From a virus, in the IMG/VR virus record IMGVR_UViG_3300037189_014399, positions 1-64,000 of that record: 64,000 nt of DNA, one strand, 5' to 3'. The notes below the pieces were generated by a model. It was not told the DNA's origin. It saw nothing but the letters and a program-made list of their open reading frames with translations, and did no database searches. This document shows, piece after piece, positions 25,456 to 35,028 of this stretch; the first letter of the stretch is position 1, and each line of letters begins with the position of its first letter. The translations under genes and the position numbers were made by a program.

Positions 25456-26646
25456 CTACTTCTTTATTCTGGATCTAAACTCTTGACCACGGTATAAAGT
25501 CTTACCGTCATCAATATGTACTAGCTCCACATGGAAAGAACCCTCTGGCTTGTAAGTAATAACAGATATGCCCTGTTGCCAGTTCTCGTAATAGGTGACT
25601 GGCTTACCATCAATACCAATTGATCCCTTAACACTAGGCACAGCACCGTCTACACGGCACAAGCAACCTGGTGAAACAGCCATAGATTTAATCTTGCCAA
25701 CACGATCAAATGTTGTGCGAGATTGAATCTCCTGGCGGTGGATGTGGCCAAAAATTGTAGACACATGAGGCATGTCATTGGTGTATCCGGCAGCAGTTGA
25801 TCCGTTAGAACGGACCTTGTCACCGTGAATAGCACGAAGCTTTTCATTAATCCAATGTGTGCCCGCTGGGTACGCATCTACATACTCAACCTCTAGCTCA
25901 TCCATACGAAGCAGATAAGGTAGAGACATGACTGGCCATGAATCTGGAATGTTTGCTCGCTTTAATCCAAATGCAGCCATAGCATTTAATGTTATGAACT
26001 TTTGCATTCTACGATCATGGTTACCTTCAAGAACAATGATCTTTGCATCAGGTGCTGCTGCACGCTGTTCTGCTAAGAACAAGTGTCCTTCATCAATAGC
26101 CATCTGAGCTGTGTGAGCAAAGTTTGCTTCCTGTTCGTACTTGCCATACATAGGTAAATCTAGATAATCTCCTAGGTTGACGACCTGATTTACACCTACC
26201 TCATGGTCTAGGTACGAAAGAATCTGTAGCGCAACATCCATCGCATCGTTATCATGGAATGGATCTACGGTTCCATCTTCGTAATAGCGGAATCCAATCT
26301 GTGGATCTGGGAGAACGACAGCTGTTTCCCAACCCTTTAAAGGAACTCTGCTCTTCTTATCAGAAGCTTTGATTACAGTTGGCTTTGCTTGTTGTACAAC
26401 AGGCCACTCTGGACCTGATTCCCATTTAGGATTAATTTGGAAACCAATTAAATCCTTTACCTGGAACTCACCATCTGCATCTTTTGCTGCAGCTTGATAC
26501 ATCTTGATCTTCTCAATAGAACCGATCTCTTCAAGATCGATGTTATTGCGATCAAGCATGTCACGAATTGCACCTAGAGCAGCATGCTTATTTACATCTT
26601 CTCTAAGGTTTTTAATCTTATCTCCTAAGCCTTCGGTTGAAGACAT
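25456..26646 (-). CDS. calcineurin-like metallophosphoesterase
   Basis: PDPQ, LGDYLD, EGNHD, IHG, FGHIHR motifs. Confidence 0.9.
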   Translation of the reverse strand: MSSTEGLGDKIKNLREDVNKHAALGAIRDMLDRNNIDLEEIGSIEKIKMYQAAAKDADGEFQVKDLIGFQINPKWESGPEWPVVQQAKPTVIKASDKKSRVPLKGWETAVVLPDPQIGFRYYEDGTVDPFHDNDAMDVALQILSYLDHEVGVNQVVNLGDYLDLPMYGKYEQEANFAHTAQMAIDEGHLFLAEQRAAAPDAKIIVLEGNHDRRMQKFITLNAMAAFGLKRANIPDSWPVMSLPYLLRMDELEVEYVDAYPAGTHWINEKLRAIHGDKVRSNGSTAAGYTNDMPHVSTIFGHIHRQEIQSRTTFDRVGKIKSMAVSPGCLCRVDGAVPSVKGSIGIDGKPVTYYENWQQGISVITYKPEGSFHVELVHIDDGKTLYRGQEFRSRIKK

Positions 26647-26894
26647 ATGCACTCCTTCATTCGATGCTTACGAATTGTTTCACTTGAAAAATCTACACTT
26701 ATTGTCTTTAAGAAATTCATAATTTCTTTTGAAGTCATAGGTGTATCAAAGAACAAAGCATTAACTTCTTTCTGATCTTCTTCAGAAAGTTCATTCATCC
26801 ACCAGCCTACTTTGCATAGTTTGGTTTCAAGAATTACATGCTCTTCTTTGTATTTAGCTAAGGCCTCAGCAATTTTCATTAAGGCATTCTCCAT
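26625..26894 (-). CDS. hypothetical protein (HTH-like, C...HR...CxC)
   Basis: ORF track. Confidence 0.65.
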   Translation of the reverse strand: MENALMKIAEALAKYKEEHVILETKLCKVGWWMNELSEEDQKEVNALFFDTPMTSKEIMNFLKTISVDFSSETIRKHRMKECICLQPKA

Positions 26895-26906
26895 CGCATA
26901 AACATA

Positions 26907-26933
26907 AAGCCGGTAGGAATTTCCTACCGGCTT
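26907..26933 (-). terminator. intrinsic terminator
   Basis: AAGCCGGTAGGA/TCCTACCGGCTT inverted repeat. Confidence 0.7.
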
Positions 26934-26948
26934 ATATGCTACACCAAA

Positions 26949-27290
26949 TTAATACGAATCGCCCATTCCTGACTGGAAGTTAGGGGCCTGACGCTGCATG
27001 ACTGCCGGAATGATGCGGCCGTTAGCTTGAGTTGCGCCAGCTGAAGGTTCATTTTGTTTCATGTAACGGGAGCCTACGCTGTAGGCTGCGCCGTGCTTCT
27101 CAGTCATCTTGCGATGCTGAGCAGTGCCTGCGCCTGTTGGGTCGCCAGCTTGAGCGCCCTTCTTAGCTACAAGCTTGCCACTCTTTGGAGCAGCGGCAGT
27201 GAAGTGAGTTGCTTCATTGCCCATAGATTGACGTCCATTCTGATTTTCAGCAGATACAGCGTCATCCATAGGGTTAGATGATTTGGCCAT
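26949..27290 (-). CDS. hypothetical low-complexity protein
   Basis: AAGGA SD; Ala/Gly/Gln-rich. Confidence 0.7.
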   Translation of the reverse strand: MAKSSNPMDDAVSAENQNGRQSMGNEATHFTAAAPKSGKLVAKKGAQAGDPTGAGTAQHRKMTEKHGAAYSVGSRYMKQNEPSAGATQANGRIIPAVMQRQAPNFQSGMGDSY

Positions 27291-27334
27291 TAGTACATCC
27301 TTAGTTAGAGTTGAGATCTCGTATACAGTTTATA

Positions 27335-27610
27335 TTAATTAATAAATACTGTAAAGACAATCGCACTGATTTGGCCATCTCTTGAATCCACAGTAGTAAA
27401 TCCTGGGATGCAAGCTAGTCGCATGCCTCGTGGGGCGACATATCCGCTTGCGATTGCAATGGCTTTTACAGCCTGGTTAACAGCAGAGGCGCCTACGGCA
27501 CGTACTTTAATCTCAGGCTTTTCATAGAGAGCATGGGCAATTGCCGAGCCCACTGATTGGGCATTTGAGCCTGCGCCTACACGCAGGAACTTTTCTTCTT
27601 CTGTAGTCAC
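27335..27610 (-). CDS. spoVS: SpoVS-family (Alba-like fold) protein
   Basis: SVGSAIA...AVGASAVNQAVKAIAIASGYVAPRG...CIPGF closely follows the SpoVS consensus. Confidence 0.9.
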   Translation of the reverse strand: MTTEEEKFLRVGAGSNAQSVGSAIAHALYEKPEIKVRAVGASAVNQAVKAIAIASGYVAPRGMRLACIPGFTTVDSRDGQISAIVFTVFIN

Positions 27611-27660
27611 TAGTTGTATTCCTTAGGGGTCGAGTTAGTAGTGCCCTCAGGAAACTAGTA

Positions 27661-28281
27661 TCAGGGTTTCTCCCTATATTTGGGGTCTAAAAGCTTGGTT
27701 AATATTTCCTTTTCATACTCCAGATCAGCCATGCCAGCAGCGATCCTAGCCAGAGCGTAGGAATCAGCAGCATTATCATTATCGAATTCTACCCCCCATT
27801 TCTTATAGGTCTGCATAAGGATCTGATTCTTCTGAACTCCCTGACCTTTGCCTGTTACATACTTCTTTATCTGGGATGGAACCACAATCAAGGGGTACTT
27901 TGCATTGATCTGACTCTCATCATGAAACCAAAAGAACATCTCTAGCTTGACCATACCGCCCAGTTCTCCAGCCATATGAGCCATCTGAGAGCCATAGGCA
28001 TAGCCTTCCATAGCTACGTTCTCTACATGGGTACTAGACCACTCTAAGTAATTTCCTAGGAATGATTGGATGTCACGTAAACGATCTGCACCACGTCCTT
28101 GACCTTCGTATACCTCGGTGTAGTAGCGACCGTCTTCGACTATAGAAGTTATAGCAAATCCACTATAGGACTGATCGATCCCTATGTAGCGCTTACCTGG
28201 ATCATCCCAGGCAAGACCACCATCATAGATCTTGGGGTTGGACTTCTTCTTCAAGGTTCCATTCCTTTTTAAAGTTTGCAA
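27661..28281 (-). CDS. ruvC: RuvC-like Holliday junction resolvase (true start possibly TTG 28254)
   Basis: IGIDQS, AMEGY, KKYVTGKG, DNAADSYALA. Confidence 0.85.
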   Translation of the reverse strand: MQTLKRNGTLKKKSNPKIYDGGLAWDDPGKRYIGIDQSYSGFAITSIVEDGRYYTEVYEGQGRGADRLRDIQSFLGNYLEWSSTHVENVAMEGYAYGSQMAHMAGELGGMVKLEMFFWFHDESQINAKYPLIVVPSQIKKYVTGKGQGVQKNQILMQTYKKWGVEFDNDNAADSYALARIAAGMADLEYEKEILTKLLDPKYREKP

Positions 28282-28480
28282 TAAACTCTATCTGTCCTGC
28301 CATTTCCTTTTCAACAAACTCGACTTCTTGTTCAGTCATCTTATCTTTGTTGTCCTCATACATCTTCTTACCAAGCTCAAAGTTATTCTCAAGCCAGGCA
28401 AGCTCAAGCTTGCGACGTTCTTTAATGAACGCCTGTTGCTCAGCTTTGTTTCTTGCAATCTTTTCTTGACGCTTGCTCAT
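28223..28480 (-). CDS. hypothetical protein
   Basis: ORF in coupled operon. Confidence 0.65.
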   Translation of the reverse strand: MSKRQEKIARNKAEQQAFIKERRKLELAWLENNFELGKKMYEDNKDKMTEQEVEFVEKEMAGQIEFIANFKKEWNLEEEVQPQDL

Positions 28481-28767
28481 TTGTTTCTACGCTCCCTCTC
28501 ATCTTTAACCATTTGAATGGTCCCAAAGTAACCGGCACCATCTACAAGATTGTCACGCTTAGGCATGTATGCCTCTCGTGCAATCTTGACACCAACCATT
28601 GCTAGTCCCACTTGCTCCTCTGAAACTTCGATGCCAAATATAACGCTCCATATGCGAGCAATGCGATTAAAGTTGTCGAGAGGATGGTCGTACGTTTGGT
28701 TACGATCTCCGGTGATGAGTCGTTGTGCTTCTTCGTTGATCGTTTCAAGATCATACTCTGAAGGCAT
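28477..28767 (-). CDS. DUF6378-type helical protein (nucleotide pyrophosphohydrolase-like)
   Basis: GDRNxxYxHPxxNFxRIAxxW...KIAR...DNLVDGAGY. Confidence 0.75.
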   Translation of the reverse strand: MPSEYDLETINEEAQRLITGDRNQTYDHPLDNFNRIARIWSVIFGIEVSEEQVGLAMVGVKIAREAYMPKRDNLVDGAGYFGTIQMVKDERERRNK

Positions 28768-29230
28768 CCTTACGGGATCTGATGCCGGATAGTCCACTTG
28801 TCCGTCTCGTAAGTTCTCTGGATACGACTTGAGAGTTTCGTTCAACATCATCTGCCCTCGTTTCTAGTAGTTTTCTAAACGCATACTTGGTATCTAAATC
28901 ATATTTCAACTCTGCAACTTCAGGATCAGCGGCAACCTTTGCTTTAACTAAAGCAATGCGATCTGCTGAGCCGCCCTTCCATTGGTTTAGGAACTCATCT
29001 GATTCTTTATTTGTTACTAGGCGATCTGCTTCTCTTTCATTGATCACTGCAATAGCTCTAGCTCCAGATAGGTAGTCGCTCCACCCAGTAAACTGAACGA
29101 AGAGGTCCATTAGGGCCTCATCATCCAGCTCACTTATGTCTCTTGGTAGTTCTGGAATAGGAAAGTCAGGCTTAGCTGCAAGTGCGATGCCAAGTTTATT
29201 TAAACTATCAACAACTTCTTTACTAATCAT
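28751..29230 (-). CDS. coiled-coil hypothetical protein in recombination cluster
   Basis: ATG 29230; C-terminal SRELTRR. Confidence 0.7.
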   Translation of the reverse strand: MISKEVVDSLNKLGIALAAKPDFPIPELPRDISELDDEALMDLFVQFTGWSDYLSGARAIAVINEREADRLVTNKESDEFLNQWKGGSADRIALVKAKVAADPEVAELKYDLDTKYAFRKLLETRADDVERNSQVVSRELTRRTSGLSGIRSRKDAFRV

Positions 29231-29597
29231 TTGGGATGTCCTTATCACTTGAGTGCCACTTCTCCCAATATGGGATTCCATCCTCATCATAGTCTGAACC
29301 TAGGCGATCTAGCACCTCGTCAGTATTGGCGTCTGAGATTGCACGAAGGACTGCTTGGGTATGAGGATCCTCTGCATTCATTTCCATCTCAAGCCTGTTG
29401 TAAAGATCTTCAAAGCAACGAAACACAACGTACTGTGCTTCTTTAAGTCCGTTTACATATGCATGAGTTAATGCTTTCTTTTCAGGATCCTCTGTCATGT
29501 CTATAGCCTCGTTGAGGTTGTCATCAATGATAGAAGTTAGAACTGTATTGACATCTAACTCAAGATCTTTTAGCTCAGCTATTCTTGTCTTCTTCAT
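29223..29597 (-). CDS. acidic hypothetical protein
   Basis: ORF track. Confidence 0.65.
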   Translation of the reverse strand: MKKTRIAELKDLELDVNTVLTSIIDDNLNEAIDMTEDPEKKALTHAYVNGLKEAQYVVFRCFEDLYNRLEMEMNAEDPHTQAVLRAISDANTDEVLDRLGSDYDEDGIPYWEKWHSSDKDIPND

Positions 29598-30468
29598 TTT
29601 CCCCCCTAAATGGTTCGCAACGTTTACATCCCTTTACAGGATTAACTGTACATACTGGTGGCCTATTATTGTCAACCGCCCAAGCTACGTCAAGTGCAGA
29701 TTCAAATACACTTGCGATGTGCTCTGGGTTGTACTGTACTACAAACTCTTTATAAGATTGGTCTGCCTTTAATTCGTATAGAAATACGATCTCCTCAGGA
29801 GCTGAGGGCAGCAATCCTTCTTCAACCATTAGGTGAGCCAGGTGAAGGTATACCTGGCCCTGCTTATAATGAGAATTAAATGGCCTACGAATATTCTTCC
29901 AGGCTGTGTCTAAGCTGTTCTCTGCACCAAAGAGAGATGGTTCCTCTAATCTTATAGTGCCGGCACCTATAGATTTGATCTCTATAAGACAGTCTTCTCC
30001 GATGCCTTTAATCCAACCATCGGAGTGACCTGAGATCTTATGCTTGGCGCTAGACAGTGGTACCTCTCTATATTGAATGGTGTTCTTTAAACCCACTAAA
30101 TCTTTAGAGGTAGCCCAGGTATAGTCGTTAGTCTTTGGGTCAAACCACTTGCCATAAAGAACACCCATCTCACCAAAGTAGCCTTGCCACTTTGAGTGGA
30201 TGGCGTGTCCTTCATCAAAAATAGATTGTAATCGAAGGGATGGCTTTTCTCTAACCTCGACATAGTTCCCACGTAGAGCATGGTAAGAAGCCAGTGCACA
30301 CCATTCAGATTTAATAATGTCTGATGGGTGTAGGACGTTCTGTGCTCTAGCCTCGAAAGGCTTAGAGAGTATGTGTCGTTCTACAGACCCTAGTAAACGT
30401 GTGTCACGCTTATTAGCATCTAGAAATGCTGACATATTCTTGCTGGGAATTGTCTGAGGTTTTTTCAT
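29575..30468 (-). CDS. Cas4-like PD-(D/E)xK exonuclease
   Basis: HPSD...C, GHAIH, GHSDG, EIKS, QxxxY, C-terminal Cys cluster. Confidence 0.85.
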   Translation of the reverse strand: MKKPQTIPSKNMSAFLDANKRDTRLLGSVERHILSKPFEARAQNVLHPSDIIKSEWCALASYHALRGNYVEVREKPSLRLQSIFDEGHAIHSKWQGYFGEMGVLYGKWFDPKTNDYTWATSKDLVGLKNTIQYREVPLSSAKHKISGHSDGWIKGIGEDCLIEIKSIGAGTIRLEEPSLFGAENSLDTAWKNIRRPFNSHYKQGQVYLHLAHLMVEEGLLPSAPEEIVFLYELKADQSYKEFVVQYNPEHIASVFESALDVAWAVDNNRPPVCTVNPVKGCKRCEPFRGENEEDKNS

Positions 30469-30776
30469 TCTCTATCCAACCATTCGTCCAAGGTAAGGCC
30501 TAATCTTTCATACTTACGTTTCATAGCATTTCTTTCTCTGTGGGACATGCCCCCAAAGATTCCATGCAACTCATCGTTACGTATTGCTTCTTTTAAGCAT
30601 TGCTTTCTAACAGGACAGGCGGGTAACCCATCCTTACCTAAACAGATTGCTTTAGCTTTATCAGCGATCTGCTTGTATAGATCTTTGTCTCTTGGTGGAA
30701 AAAAGATTTCAGTGTCTTCACCTTGACACTTAGCCTCGTATCTCCATGCCCAGGGAGGATTATCCCTGTTGTCCAA
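30465..30776 (-). CDS. whiB: WhiB-family transcription factor
   Basis: WRYEAKC...FFP...C...CPVRKQC...GIFGG. Confidence 0.92.
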   Translation of the reverse strand: MDNRDNPPWAWRYEAKCQGEDTEIFFPPRDKDLYKQIADKAKAICLGKDGLPACPVRKQCLKEAIRNDELHGIFGGMSHRERNAMKRKYERLGLTLDEWLDRE

Positions 30777-31091
30777 TTATTCACCTTTGATAGAGTTACG
30801 TAATTCAAAGAAATCCTCCTCTCCTAAGATAACATAGTTACTACCGTTGAGATGAAACCCAACGATTGGGATACGACTAACTACTATAGCTTCTTTCCAG
30901 ATCTTCTCTAGAACTTCTGCCTTGACAGTAAACTGTTTTTTACCAGTCCACTTATGTTCAATTAATAGTTCTTCGTTTCTTACATCGCCTTTTCTGTCTA
31001 ATGCGCCAGAAGCAGCGTTGCGAGTACCGCCTATAACTTTAGCTAATCGCTTCTCGTGTTTGAGCGATTGTTTCTGACCCTCAGTCCTCAT
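30777..31091 (-). CDS. small PD-(D/E)xK nuclease (Hjc-like resolvase)
   Basis: E...SGA...KGD...IEHK. Confidence 0.7.
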   Translation of the reverse strand: MRTEGQKQSLKHEKRLAKVIGGTRNAASGALDRKGDVRNEELLIEHKWTGKKQFTVKAEVLEKIWKEAIVVSRIPIVGFHLNGSNYVILGEEDFFELRNSIKGE

Positions 31092-32142
31092 CGGTTGCGA
31101 TCATCAACTTAGGTTGAGTCTTAAGCGTATCCATAACTGCGTTACTAATTTCCGCACTAAGATCTACTTCCTCACGTAAGGAATCAATCAAAGCTTGGGC
31201 ACCTTGCCACTTTCGATCGCCGTAGTACATCCACCCTCCACGGCGTTCAACAATCCCATTTAGGATTGCTAAAGCAACAATTTCCTTACCCCTATCATAC
31301 TCTCCTTCTGAGACTACTCCGCCAGCTGAGAAGTAAAAGTCAAGGTATGCGGTCTGTTGTGGGGCAAAGGTCTTGTTCTTAATGGTCTTGACTCTAATAG
31401 TCTGACCCACTCGACGCTTCTCCTGGCCGGTACCTACCTCTAGCCACTCATCACGCTTTACTTCACAGCGGATAGTAAAGGCGTAGTCCTTGCCCAACCC
31501 TCCTGGGGTTGTTCTAGGATCTCCATGCATCACACCGATCTTCATACGGTACTGGTTAATCATGATGCCTAGTACTGGTCGTTCGTCTCCACCGATTTCA
31601 CGTCGGGTAGCTGACGATACTTTTCTAAAGAACTTATTGGTAATAAGTGCGCCACGACCCACAGTGAATTCATCCATGTCCTTTTCATCTTCTGCGCCAG
31701 GAACCAGGGCAGGAAGGGAATCAACAACAACGAGGTCCACACCTTTGCTTTCCATGAAGCGAATGACTGCGTCATAAGCATCCTCCATATTATTAGTTTC
31801 AACAAGTAGAACACGTGAGGTATCTACCCCACACATTTCTGCATAGCCTGCATCAAATGGCTCTGCTGCAATCCAAGCAGTGGTGAACTCTGGATCAATA
31901 GCCTGATTGGTTGCAATGGTCTTAAGAGCAATTGCAGTCTTACCGTGAGAGGCCTCACCAATAATCTCAACCCACTGATTCATAGGCCAGCCACCACCCA
32001 ATACAACATCGAGTGTTAGTGATCCGGTTGGAATACGTTTGATAGTGCTTACCTGATCGGCGGTAACCACTGTATTAACTCCCAGCTTTTTGTTTAGCTG
32101 AGCAACTACTTTGAGAACATCTGCGTTTAGTGTCATTGTCAT
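31081..32142 (-). CDS. recA: RecA recombinase
   Basis: GEASHGKT, VVVDSL, INQYRMKIGVMHGDPRTTPGG, KNK. Confidence 0.95.
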   Translation of the reverse strand: MTMTLNADVLKVVAQLNKKLGVNTVVTADQVSTIKRIPTGSLTLDVVLGGGWPMNQWVEIIGEASHGKTAIALKTIATNQAIDPEFTTAWIAAEPFDAGYAEMCGVDTSRVLLVETNNMEDAYDAVIRFMESKGVDLVVVDSLPALVPGAEDEKDMDEFTVGRGALITNKFFRKVSSATRREIGGDERPVLGIMINQYRMKIGVMHGDPRTTPGGLGKDYAFTIRCEVKRDEWLEVGTGQEKRRVGQTIRVKTIKNKTFAPQQTAYLDFYFSAGGVVSEGEYDRGKEIVALAILNGIVERRGGWMYYGDRKWQGAQALIDSLREEVDLSAEISNAVMDTLKTQPKLMIATDED

Positions 32143-32540
32143 TATCCGATCCTATCAATAATTGTGTGTGGTTGGAACCCACCGCTTTGTCCTACCTGCT
32201 TTGCAGGAATAACTGTGCCTCCGTTTTGACCTTGAACCCCACCAACGCCTGAACCTGATTGACGCAGTGGATACCCACAGTCGTAGCAACGCTTAAGTTT
32301 GGTTCCCATAGGAGCCATGTAATTTCCAGATCTGCACTCAGGGCAATTCTCAGATTCCTTTGCTGCTTGAGATTTTTGCATAGCGTTATCTAAAGCAGGA
32401 TCATAGTTGACCGGGACATTGTCTTGTCCTGGTTGCCATCTATATGGAACCGGCTGTGCTGGGGCAGATGGGGGAGTTGATACCGGAGGCTTTGGTGCTC
32501 CCATCTTTCTTGCATACCAGTCTGCATCACTCATCTTCAC
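32142..32540 (-). CDS. zinc-ribbon hypothetical protein
   Basis: CPEC...CYDCGYP. Confidence 0.7.
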   Translation of the reverse strand: MKMSDADWYARKMGAPKPPVSTPPSAPAQPVPYRWQPGQDNVPVNYDPALDNAMQKSQAAKESENCPECRSGNYMAPMGTKLKRCYDCGYPLRQSGSGVGGVQGQNGGTVIPAKQVGQSGGFQPHTIIDRIG

Positions 32541-32949
32541 TTACCTTCGTTTCTATTAGGTCTAGGTGTAACAATGTAGAAATACAAGAGACAGCGGCTG
32601 ACATAGAAACCAGTTTAAACAAACCGGATAGGTCTTCAACGTTATCTCCTGTAATGAAATCATCCTTGCCTTCTTCTTTAGCCTGGATGATGTATGCGGA
32701 AGCAGCAATGCGAGCAGCAATGTCTGAGTGTGCATCAATGATAGGAATTAAAGATGCAAACGAACTTATACGATTGCTACTTGCTATAGCTTCCATCTCT
32801 GAAACATCCTTTGAGACAGGAGACAGCCCAAGCATGTCTGCAATCTCTTCTGCATGTTCTTCAAAGATTGAATCGTAAATAGCTTGACGAATCAATACAG
32901 GCATTGGTACTGCATGTACAGATACTTTTTTTCTTCTACGTCTAAACAT
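32527..32949 (-). CDS. hypothetical protein
   Basis: ATG 32949 coupled to polymerase stop. Confidence 0.7.
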   Translation of the reverse strand: MFRRRRKKVSVHAVPMPVLIRQAIYDSIFEEHAEEIADMLGLSPVSKDVSEMEAIASSNRISSFASLIPIIDAHSDIAARIAASAYIIQAKEEGKDDFITGDNVEDLSGLFKLVSMSAAVSCISTLLHLDLIETKVSEDE

Positions 32950-34925
32950 TACTTTGCATCCCCCCACTTATCAACGATCTTAACATCTGCAATCATAGGA
33001 ATAGAAAGAGCAACGATGCCTTCCATAGCCGATCTGATTGCCTCAGCAGTTTCTTCTGCTAGATGATCTGGAGTTACTGTAACCAATTCATCGTGTACAG
33101 TCAAAATTAAGCTGGCCTCTGTAGGCACCAGGTTCCTTGCACGAACCATGGCTAGCTTGATGATGTCTGCTGCTGAGCCCTGGATCACAGTGTTGAATGC
33201 CTGACGTTCTGCCTTGGCTCGCAGGGTAACTTCCTTAGCCCGTAGGTTAGGTAGGTAACGTCTACGACCCAACATAGTTGAGACATAAGGCACAGGAGTC
33301 TTTAGGCGTGCGTTCTGGATCACATGCTTCTTGTACCGAACAACCGATGGGAACTTAGCCATAAAGGTATCTAGAAGCTCTCTAGCTGCCTCTACAGAAC
33401 AGTTCAAAGAGTTGGCAATCTTGTCAGGACCAACACCGTAGGCAAGGGATAGAACAAGTTCTTTTCCTGCCTTGCGGTCAACCCCCATAGTATTTCCAAT
33501 AGTTGTATAGAGATCTTCCTTGTCAGCGTATGCCTGGCACATGATTCGATCCTTACTAAAGGATGCAATGATGCGAGGTTCGATCTGAGAGTAGTCGGCA
33601 ACTACAAGCTTATGTCCCTCAGGAGCTACAAATAGATTACGTACTGCTTTTCCATTAGCGGTATGGGGAGCAGGAACATTCTGTAGGTTTGGGTTACGAC
33701 TAGAGAAACGACCAGTCTCTGTTCCATACTGAACAAAGTCTGTGTGAACACGTCCGTTGAGAACGATACTTTCTCTAGCAACTACCTTTGTCTTTCCTGC
33801 AACAGTCTTTGCAGTCATGCCACCTTGGTATGGAAGCACGTAAGTAGTCATCAACTTGTTAAGATCTGAATAGTTGAGAAGCTCATCGATAAGAGGATCT
33901 CGTCCACGCATATACTCCATGGCATCGTGAGCTACCGAGAAGTCATGCACAGTCAATGGCTTGCCCTCTTGCTGTCTACGCAATCCGGCAGGAGTCATCT
34001 TCTTAGGACGGATACCACGTCCGCCTTCTTTCTTTGGTGAGAAAAGAATGCGTTGCTTCTCTTGTACAGAGTTAATGTTAAATGCTCTACCTGCAAGCTG
34101 ATAGATAGTTGCCTTTGTTTCCTCAAGCTGACGATCTACCTCTGTCTTTAGATCAGACAATGCAGAGAGATCAATGTTTGCTCCATGTAGTTCCATCTCA
34201 CAGATGACCTGTAGGACATCCATCTCGAGTCTGAATATACCCATGAGCTTATTGGTCTCAAGATCTTGTTGGTACTTCTCATAGAGTTTAAAGGTCCACT
34301 CAGCATCTAGTGCGGAGTAAGTAGCAACCTCATCAAAGGTGTGCTTCTCGATCTCTTTACCTACGCCCTTGACCATCTCGTATCTGAACTCACGCTTTAG
34401 ACAATCGTCAAGACCTAAAGAGTGTCGGTTCTGATTATTAATAATGAAGGCAGCGTTTAATGTACAGAAGTAAGTAGGTTCAGGAAGACCACCGATGTAC
34501 TTAGATACGCTCTGCAAGTCAAACTTAAGGTTGTGCCCAACCTTTACCTTATCTCCGGTAAGTAAAGGCTTAAGAGCTTTGAATACTTCTCCAGGAGTAA
34601 GTTGATCTGGTGCCGGTCCAAAGACCTTTACACCTTTCTTTTCATCCTTACTGTAGTCATCCTCACGTAGCTCTTGACCTTTGGCAAGACGACGTTGACC
34701 ACTTACTAGAAGTGGGAAGTCAGTTCGAATGTACTCTCCGTTTGGATGTCCCATAGGAATAACATCAACACGAGATTTGTTTGCTAATGAGATCCACACG
34801 ACACGATTCTGTCGTGGATCGCCACGGTGATCTCCCATGGTTTCTACGTCAAATGCAAAGGCATCTTCTTTTTCATATGCCTTAACTAAATCTTTTAGTT
34901 CCTCTTGTGTACGAATTACGTTCAC
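32949..34925 (-). CDS. polA: family A DNA polymerase with 3'-5' exonuclease
   Basis: FDVET, GHNLKFD, TGRFSSRNPNLQN, ADYSQIEPR, NTVIQGSAAD, VHDE. Confidence 0.95.
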   Translation of the reverse strand: MNVIRTQEELKDLVKAYEKEDAFAFDVETMGDHRGDPRQNRVVWISLANKSRVDVIPMGHPNGEYIRTDFPLLVSGQRRLAKGQELREDDYSKDEKKGVKVFGPAPDQLTPGEVFKALKPLLTGDKVKVGHNLKFDLQSVSKYIGGLPEPTYFCTLNAAFIINNQNRHSLGLDDCLKREFRYEMVKGVGKEIEKHTFDEVATYSALDAEWTFKLYEKYQQDLETNKLMGIFRLEMDVLQVICEMELHGANIDLSALSDLKTEVDRQLEETKATIYQLAGRAFNINSVQEKQRILFSPKKEGGRGIRPKKMTPAGLRRQQEGKPLTVHDFSVAHDAMEYMRGRDPLIDELLNYSDLNKLMTTYVLPYQGGMTAKTVAGKTKVVARESIVLNGRVHTDFVQYGTETGRFSSRNPNLQNVPAPHTANGKAVRNLFVAPEGHKLVVADYSQIEPRIIASFSKDRIMCQAYADKEDLYTTIGNTMGVDRKAGKELVLSLAYGVGPDKIANSLNCSVEAARELLDTFMAKFPSVVRYKKHVIQNARLKTPVPYVSTMLGRRRYLPNLRAKEVTLRAKAERQAFNTVIQGSAADIIKLAMVRARNLVPTEASLILTVHDELVTVTPDHLAEETAEAIRSAMEGIVALSIPMIADVKIVDKWGDAK

Positions 34926-34967
34926 CTTTTTATGCTCCCTGTCTGGTTGTGCTCCCCCTTAGCAACT

Positions 34968-35018
34968 GTTAGAGGACCCTAGGAAAAAGGAGGAGGGAAA
35001 ACCTAGGGTCCCTCTAAC
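34968..35018 (-). promoter_or_regulatory. long hairpin with CU-rich, anti-SD-containing loop
   Basis: 16-bp stem with one bulge; loop TTTTCCCTCCTCCTTTTT on - strand. Confidence 0.55.
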
Positions 35019-35028
35019 TATTGAGAGA

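Noticed and set aside
29575-30468. CRISPR-associated Cas4
   Set aside because: No array or other cas genes; sits in the RecA recombination cluster as is usual for phage exonucleases
12575-34925. Inteins or introns in RNR, RecA or DNA polymerase
   Set aside because: Lengths are normal, motifs are contiguous, and no intein splice motifs are visible
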